Shown one piece after another: positions 21,045 through 23,257 of a stretch of DNA of 23,257 nt. Under the pieces are notes generated by a model, which saw nothing but the letters and a program-made list of their open reading frames with translations, was not told where the DNA came from and made no database searches. The position numbers and the translations under genes were made by a program. The DNA lies in NCBI GenBank assembly GCA_964359165.1, contig CAYHRV010000008.1:1-23257 (forward strand), in the 5' to 3' direction. Position 1 is the first letter of the stretch. Each line of letters begins with the position of its first letter. Origin of the DNA: an uncultured Elusimicrobia bacterium (GTDB lineage Bacteria > Elusimicrobiota > Elusimicrobia > UBA1565).

Positions 21045-22562
21045 ATGAAGGCCCTGGCTTCCCTTGCGCTCTTCTTCCTGCTCGGCCTGCTCCCGGGGAG
21101 GGCGAAGGCCCAGTCGGGCATCCCGCTCGACGACAAGGCCAAGTTCGAGCGGTCGCTCGAGGAAAAGGCGGAGTCGGTGCTCCTGCGCATCCTGGGCCCC
21201 AACCGCTCCCGCGTGGTCGTGGACGCGACCATCGATTTCACGCGCATCGAGAAGTTCGAGGTCAAGGCCGGCGCGGCCATCGGCGGTGAGGAGAGGAACG
21301 CCCTCTTCCTCTGGCAGAACATCGGGGCCCAGAGCGGAGGCCAGGAGCTCTTGCCCGGCATCCCCTCGCCGGAAGCGGCCCCGGGTTTCGGCGCGAAGTC
21401 CTATGAGAGGCAGAACTCCTTCCCTAGCTCCTTCGTCAAGCGGCTCAAGGTCACCGTGGTCCTGGACCGCACCGTGAGCGCGGAGATGGACGACGTCCTG
21501 ACCCGGGCCGTCGGGGAGATACTCAATCTCCAGGCGGACCGCGATGAGATGTCGATCACCCGGGCGCCCTTCGCCCCTCCTTGGAAGACGATATGGCACA
21601 CGCAGGAGTCGGTGAGCCTCCTATTTAAGTACGCCGTGGTGAGCCTCATGACGCTGATCACCCTGGTGGTGGTGGCCGCCTGCTTCCTCAAGCTGGCCAG
21701 CGCCATGGATTCCGTGGCCCAAGCCCAAGCCCATCAGCTTCAGATGGACTTCGGCCAGGGGAAGGAAGGGGAGGGAGGGGCCGGCGCGGATGGGAAGAAG
21801 AAGGAAGGCGAGGAGGAGGAAGAGGAGGAGGAAGGGCCGCAGAAGATCGTCTTCAACGTGCGGCCGGAACAGGTGGAGACGCTCGCCGAGCTCCTGCGCG
21901 GCCAGGACCCGGAGAACGTAGCTCTAGTGGCCGCGCACCTGAGCCAGGACGTCAAGAAGCTCTTCTTCGCCCAACTCTCCCCCTCCGCCTATAGCCAGGT
22001 GCTCCTGCACCTGAGCCGCATCCGCTTCGTGGAGGCCGAGGTCGTCTCCGCGGTCAAAGACGAGCTCGAGCGGCGCATGGACAGCGCCGTGGGCGGACGC
22101 TCGAACCTGCTGGAGCTCATCGACACCTCCGACCTGCGCGGCAAGCGGGAGCTCCTGGGCATGCTGGAAGCCACCGACCCCGACCTCTACGCCGTGGCGC
22201 GGGAGCGGATACTGCTCTTCGAGGACCTCTCCGATTTGGAGGAAAAGGATTGGTCGCTCGTGCTCTCCGTCGTGACCCTGGAGGAATGGGCCTTCGCGCT
22301 CTATGAGGCTCCCGAACTCCTGGTCGAGGCCCTAAGGGGGCAGATGCTGCCCAAGACCTGGGCGATATTGGCGCAGATGATGCAGGTGGGCAGGCCCTCC
22401 GAAGCCGCGGTGAAGAAGACGCATGAGCGCATCGTCAAGGCGGTCGCCAAGCTCATCGCCGACGGCCGCATCACCAATCCGGTGACACGGCGCATCGAGC
22501 TCAAGACACTGCAGAAAGAGGAGGCCCTCCCCGCTCAAGAGGAGGGGGTGCTCAATGGCTGA
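20094..22562 (+). CDS. Chimeric membrane protein: histidine kinase + FliF C-terminal (RBM3)-like periplasmic domain + FliG middle/C-terminal-like domain
   Basis: ATG lies 6 nt after the upstream stop. The single 822-codon frame has no internal stop. Three hydrophobic helices (aa ~3-25, ~320-336, ~510-535) give a topology that places the kinase and FliG-like parts in the cytoplasm and the FliF-like part in the periplasm. See the sub-features for motifs. Confidence 0.85.
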   Translation: MDIVIVVVVPLLFLMLAASMLVVSQLSGFYHFNKYSKRQQENKREIATFMNRLAAAQNTVFQRSRQLEDLSSRLQMNNQELARLNSMKTKFLSMAVHDMRTPLATMKGFGEMLSRQVYEDKQKKYVDYIVRGSDKINDLLADLTDLSIIEAGKLRMSKSPFELSAMLDSDITPRIGFAAQEKGIVFTTTGLPQSVTVHGDRANLAKALKNMLNNAVKFTPAGGKVDLKVTLTGRGLLFQIKDTGPGIHLSERKRVFEKFYQSQFGDPKAKKQGWGLGLAIAQEIVKAHQGEAGVDSPGLGKGSTFWCRIPLKPSRAPMKALASLALFFLLGLLPGRAKAQSGIPLDDKAKFERSLEEKAESVLLRILGPNRSRVVVDATIDFTRIEKFEVKAGAAIGGEERNALFLWQNIGAQSGGQELLPGIPSPEAAPGFGAKSYERQNSFPSSFVKRLKVTVVLDRTVSAEMDDVLTRAVGEILNLQADRDEMSITRAPFAPPWKTIWHTQESVSLLFKYAVVSLMTLITLVVVAACFLKLASAMDSVAQAQAHQLQMDFGQGKEGEGGAGADGKKKEGEEEEEEEEGPQKIVFNVRPEQVETLAELLRGQDPENVALVAAHLSQDVKKLFFAQLSPSAYSQVLLHLSRIRFVEAEVVSAVKDELERRMDSAVGGRSNLLELIDTSDLRGKRELLGMLEATDPDLYAVARERILLFEDLSDLEEKDWSLVLSVVTLEEWAFALYEAPELLVEALRGQMLPKTWAILAQMMQVGRPSEAAVKKTHERIVKAVAKLIADGRITNPVTRRIELKTLQKEEALPAQEEGVLNG
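21045..21700 (+). other. TM2, a FliF C-terminal (YscJ_FliF_C/RBM3)-like periplasmic domain, then TM3
   Basis: MKALASLALFFLLGLLPGRAKAQ is followed by LEEKAESVLLRILGPNRSRVVVDATIDFTRIEKFEV...PGIPSPEAAP...YERQNSF...RLKVTVVLDRTV..DDVLTRAVGEILNLQADRDEMSITRAPF, then LLFKYAVVSLMTLITLVVVAACFLKLA. The motif order parallels the last periplasmic domain and second TM of Salmonella FliF (IEAILSPIVG..V.AQV.A.LDF...E.T.E.Y.P ... PG...N.P ... ERLSVAVVV ... I..L...A.GF...RGD.L.V...PF ... TM). Confidence 0.6.
21759..21846 (+). repeat. Low-complexity acidic/Gly/Lys linker including E8 (GAG/GAA run 21810-21833)
   Basis: GKEGEGGAGADGKKKEGEEEEEEEEGPQK, with eight consecutive Glu codons (gag gag gag gaa gag gag gag gaa). 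Confidence 0.9.
21850..22530 (+). other. FliG middle + C-terminal-like domains (MgtE_N/FliG armadillo-like fold)
   Basis: LAELLRGQDPENVALVAAHLSQDVKKLFFAQLSPSAYSQVLLHLS parallels the FliG_M L..LL..EHPQ..AL.L..L.....A.VL..L......EV. LLFEDLSDLEEKDWSLVLSVVTLEEWAFALYEAPELLVEALRGQMLPKTWAILAQMMQVGRPSEAAVKKTHERIVKAVAKLIADGRI parallels the FliG_C F.FEDL..LDDR.IQ.VLREV....LA.ALK.A...L.EKI..NMS.RAA..L.E.ME..GPVR..DVE.AQ..I...VR.L...GEI. Confidence 0.7.
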
Positions 22563-23257
22563 AAAGGTCGATTTCCTGCTCGCCTCCCTGCGCGGCCAGC
22601 CTCCTCCCGAGGCGCCGCCAGAGGAAGGTGATTTCACGTCGGCCGCCGCCCCTTCCGAGGACGCGCTCGCCCCCATGCGGGCCAAGATCGAGGAACTCGA
22701 GCGCAAGCTGGCCGAGGCGGCCTCTCCCCCGGCCCCGGCGGAAGGGGAGGAGGCGGCGCCCCAGCCGCCCCAGGCGCCGACCGAGTTGGCTCTCTTCCTC
22801 CATACCCGCGTGGAGCTATTGGAGAAGAGGCTGGAGCTGGCCCAGCAGGAGGCTCTGCGCGCCAATCTGATACTCCGGGAGAGGGAGGACGCCCAGCGCA
22901 AGGCCCAGACCGAGGTGGAGGACCTCTTCCGCGGCATCCGGGAACAGGAACGCGCGGCCCGCTTCGACCGGAGGCTAAGGGAGGATCACTCGACGGTGCG
23001 GGGCAAGGTGGAGGAACTGGAGGCGCGCCTGGCCATGGCCCAACTGCGCATGATCCCGGCCTCGGAGGTGCTCGCCTTCCTGGAGAAGGAAGAGGGGCTT
23101 GAACGGCTTAAGGAAAGGCTCAAAGAACAGCTATCAAGAATCGAGAACGCGGCGCCTTTGGAGGCGCCAGTTCCAGAGGCAGAGGAGCGGCCCGGGCACG
23201 CCCGGCCCCCCCCCGGGCGCCCCGGTACCGGCCCCCCCCCGCCCATAGCGCCCCAGG
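22555..23257 (+). CDS. Coiled-coil / proline-rich protein, 3'-truncated by the window and absent from the supplied ORF track
   Basis: ATG at 22555 overlaps the upstream stop (ATGGCTGA, 8-nt overlap). GGAGGGGG at 22541-22548 is a Shine-Dalgarno-like site 6 nt upstream. The frame is open for 234 codons to the window edge: MAEKVDFLLASLRGQPPPEAPPEEG...MRAKIEELERKLAEA...LEKRLELAQQEALRANLILREREDAQRKAQTEVEDLF...VRGKVEELEARLAMAQLRM...ERLKERLKEQLSRIEN...RPPPGRPGTGPPPPIAPQ. The heptad-like E/R/L/A-rich segments indicate coiled coil. Confidence 0.7.
   Translation, partial: MAEKVDFLLASLRGQPPPEAPPEEGDFTSAAAPSEDALAPMRAKIEELERKLAEAASPPAPAEGEEAAPQPPQAPTELALFLHTRVELLEKRLELAQQEALRANLILREREDAQRKAQTEVEDLFRGIREQERAARFDRRLREDHSTVRGKVEELEARLAMAQLRMIPASEVLAFLEKEEGLERLKERLKEQLSRIENAAPLEAPVPEAEERPGHARPPPGRPGTGPPPPIAPQ
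23206..23240 (+). repeat. Two C9 homopolymer tracts inside the proline-rich coding tail
   Basis: C9 at 23206-23214 and C9 at 23232-23240, encoding PPP/PPPP. Confidence 0.9.

Noticed and set aside
21045-21047. Met318 (MKALASLALFFLLGLLPGRAKAQ, signal-peptide-like) as the start of a separate FliF/FliG-like gene
   Set aside because: No stop codon separates it from the kinase and no Shine-Dalgarno-like sequence precedes it. The three-TM topology of the fusion is also self-consistent. Internal initiation or an assembly error at the junction cannot be excluded without reads or proteomics, so this is a caveat on the chimera finding.
18513-21599. 1,028-aa ORF on the minus strand spanning the barrel-TPR and kinase genes
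   Set aside because: It is antisense to two + strand genes with unambiguous motifs (NPAGL hatch, TPR, and the H/N/G1/G2 kinase boxes). It crosses their intergenic boundary, and its composition is typical of a GC-rich shadow ORF.
20094-23257. Interpreting the right-hand genes as an ordinary flagellar fliF-fliG-fliH operon
   Set aside because: The FliF-like part lacks the N-terminal RBM1/RBM2 region and the FliG-like part lacks its N-domain. The protein is fused to a histidine kinase and the torque-helix charges appear absent. The upstream neighbours are an adhesin and an OM barrel rather than fliE or flgBC. The downstream context is not visible.
1-23257. tRNA/rRNA genes, transposase/integrase genes, terminal inverted repeats
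   Set aside because: No cloverleaf-like or rRNA-like segments were noticed and no ORF has recombinase motifs. Essentially the whole window is occupied by the four + strand coding regions.

Overview
This GC-rich window has four co-directional (+) genes and no RNA genes, CRISPR arrays or mobile elements that I could recognise. About 79% of it (window edge to 18425) is the 3' part of one giant gene, with more than 6,140 codons visible. The frame is still open at the left edge, so the tracked GTG at 63 is not the real start. The product looks like a modular extracellular or surface protein. It has three complete 7-bladed FG-GAP/VCBS calcium-type propellers, plus the tail of a fourth, alternating with four FN3-like pairs as a ~1.74 kb super-repeat. 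These are followed by four ~1.4 kb composite units carrying LamG_3-like lectin domains, and in one unit a 7-blade propeller sits where the LamG would be. Next come eight tandem copies (plus two dispersed copies) of a ~160-aa module I cannot assign to a family, then two FN3-like domains and a YPNPF-type T9SS/FlgD-Ig-like C-terminal sorting domain. A 66-bp AT-rich gap holding a perfect 42-bp palindrome separates the giant gene from a tightly packed trio (6-nt gap, then an 8-nt overlap). The first of the three is a signal-peptide-bearing FadL/PorV-like outer-membrane barrel fused to C-terminal TPRs. The second is an 822-aa chimera of a sensor-less histidine kinase, a FliF C-terminal (RBM3)-like periplasmic domain between two TM helices, an acidic linker, and FliG middle and C-terminal-like domains. 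The third is a coiled-coil, proline-rich ORF missing from the supplied track (22555 to the window edge). My main hypothesis is that this is an undescribed envelope-spanning apparatus for secreting, anchoring or actuating the giant adhesin. The gene order resembles sprB-sprF of Bacteroidetes gliding, but with a flagellar-rotor-derived, kinase-fused inner-membrane component. All family assignments come from reading motifs by eye. No HMM or database search was run.
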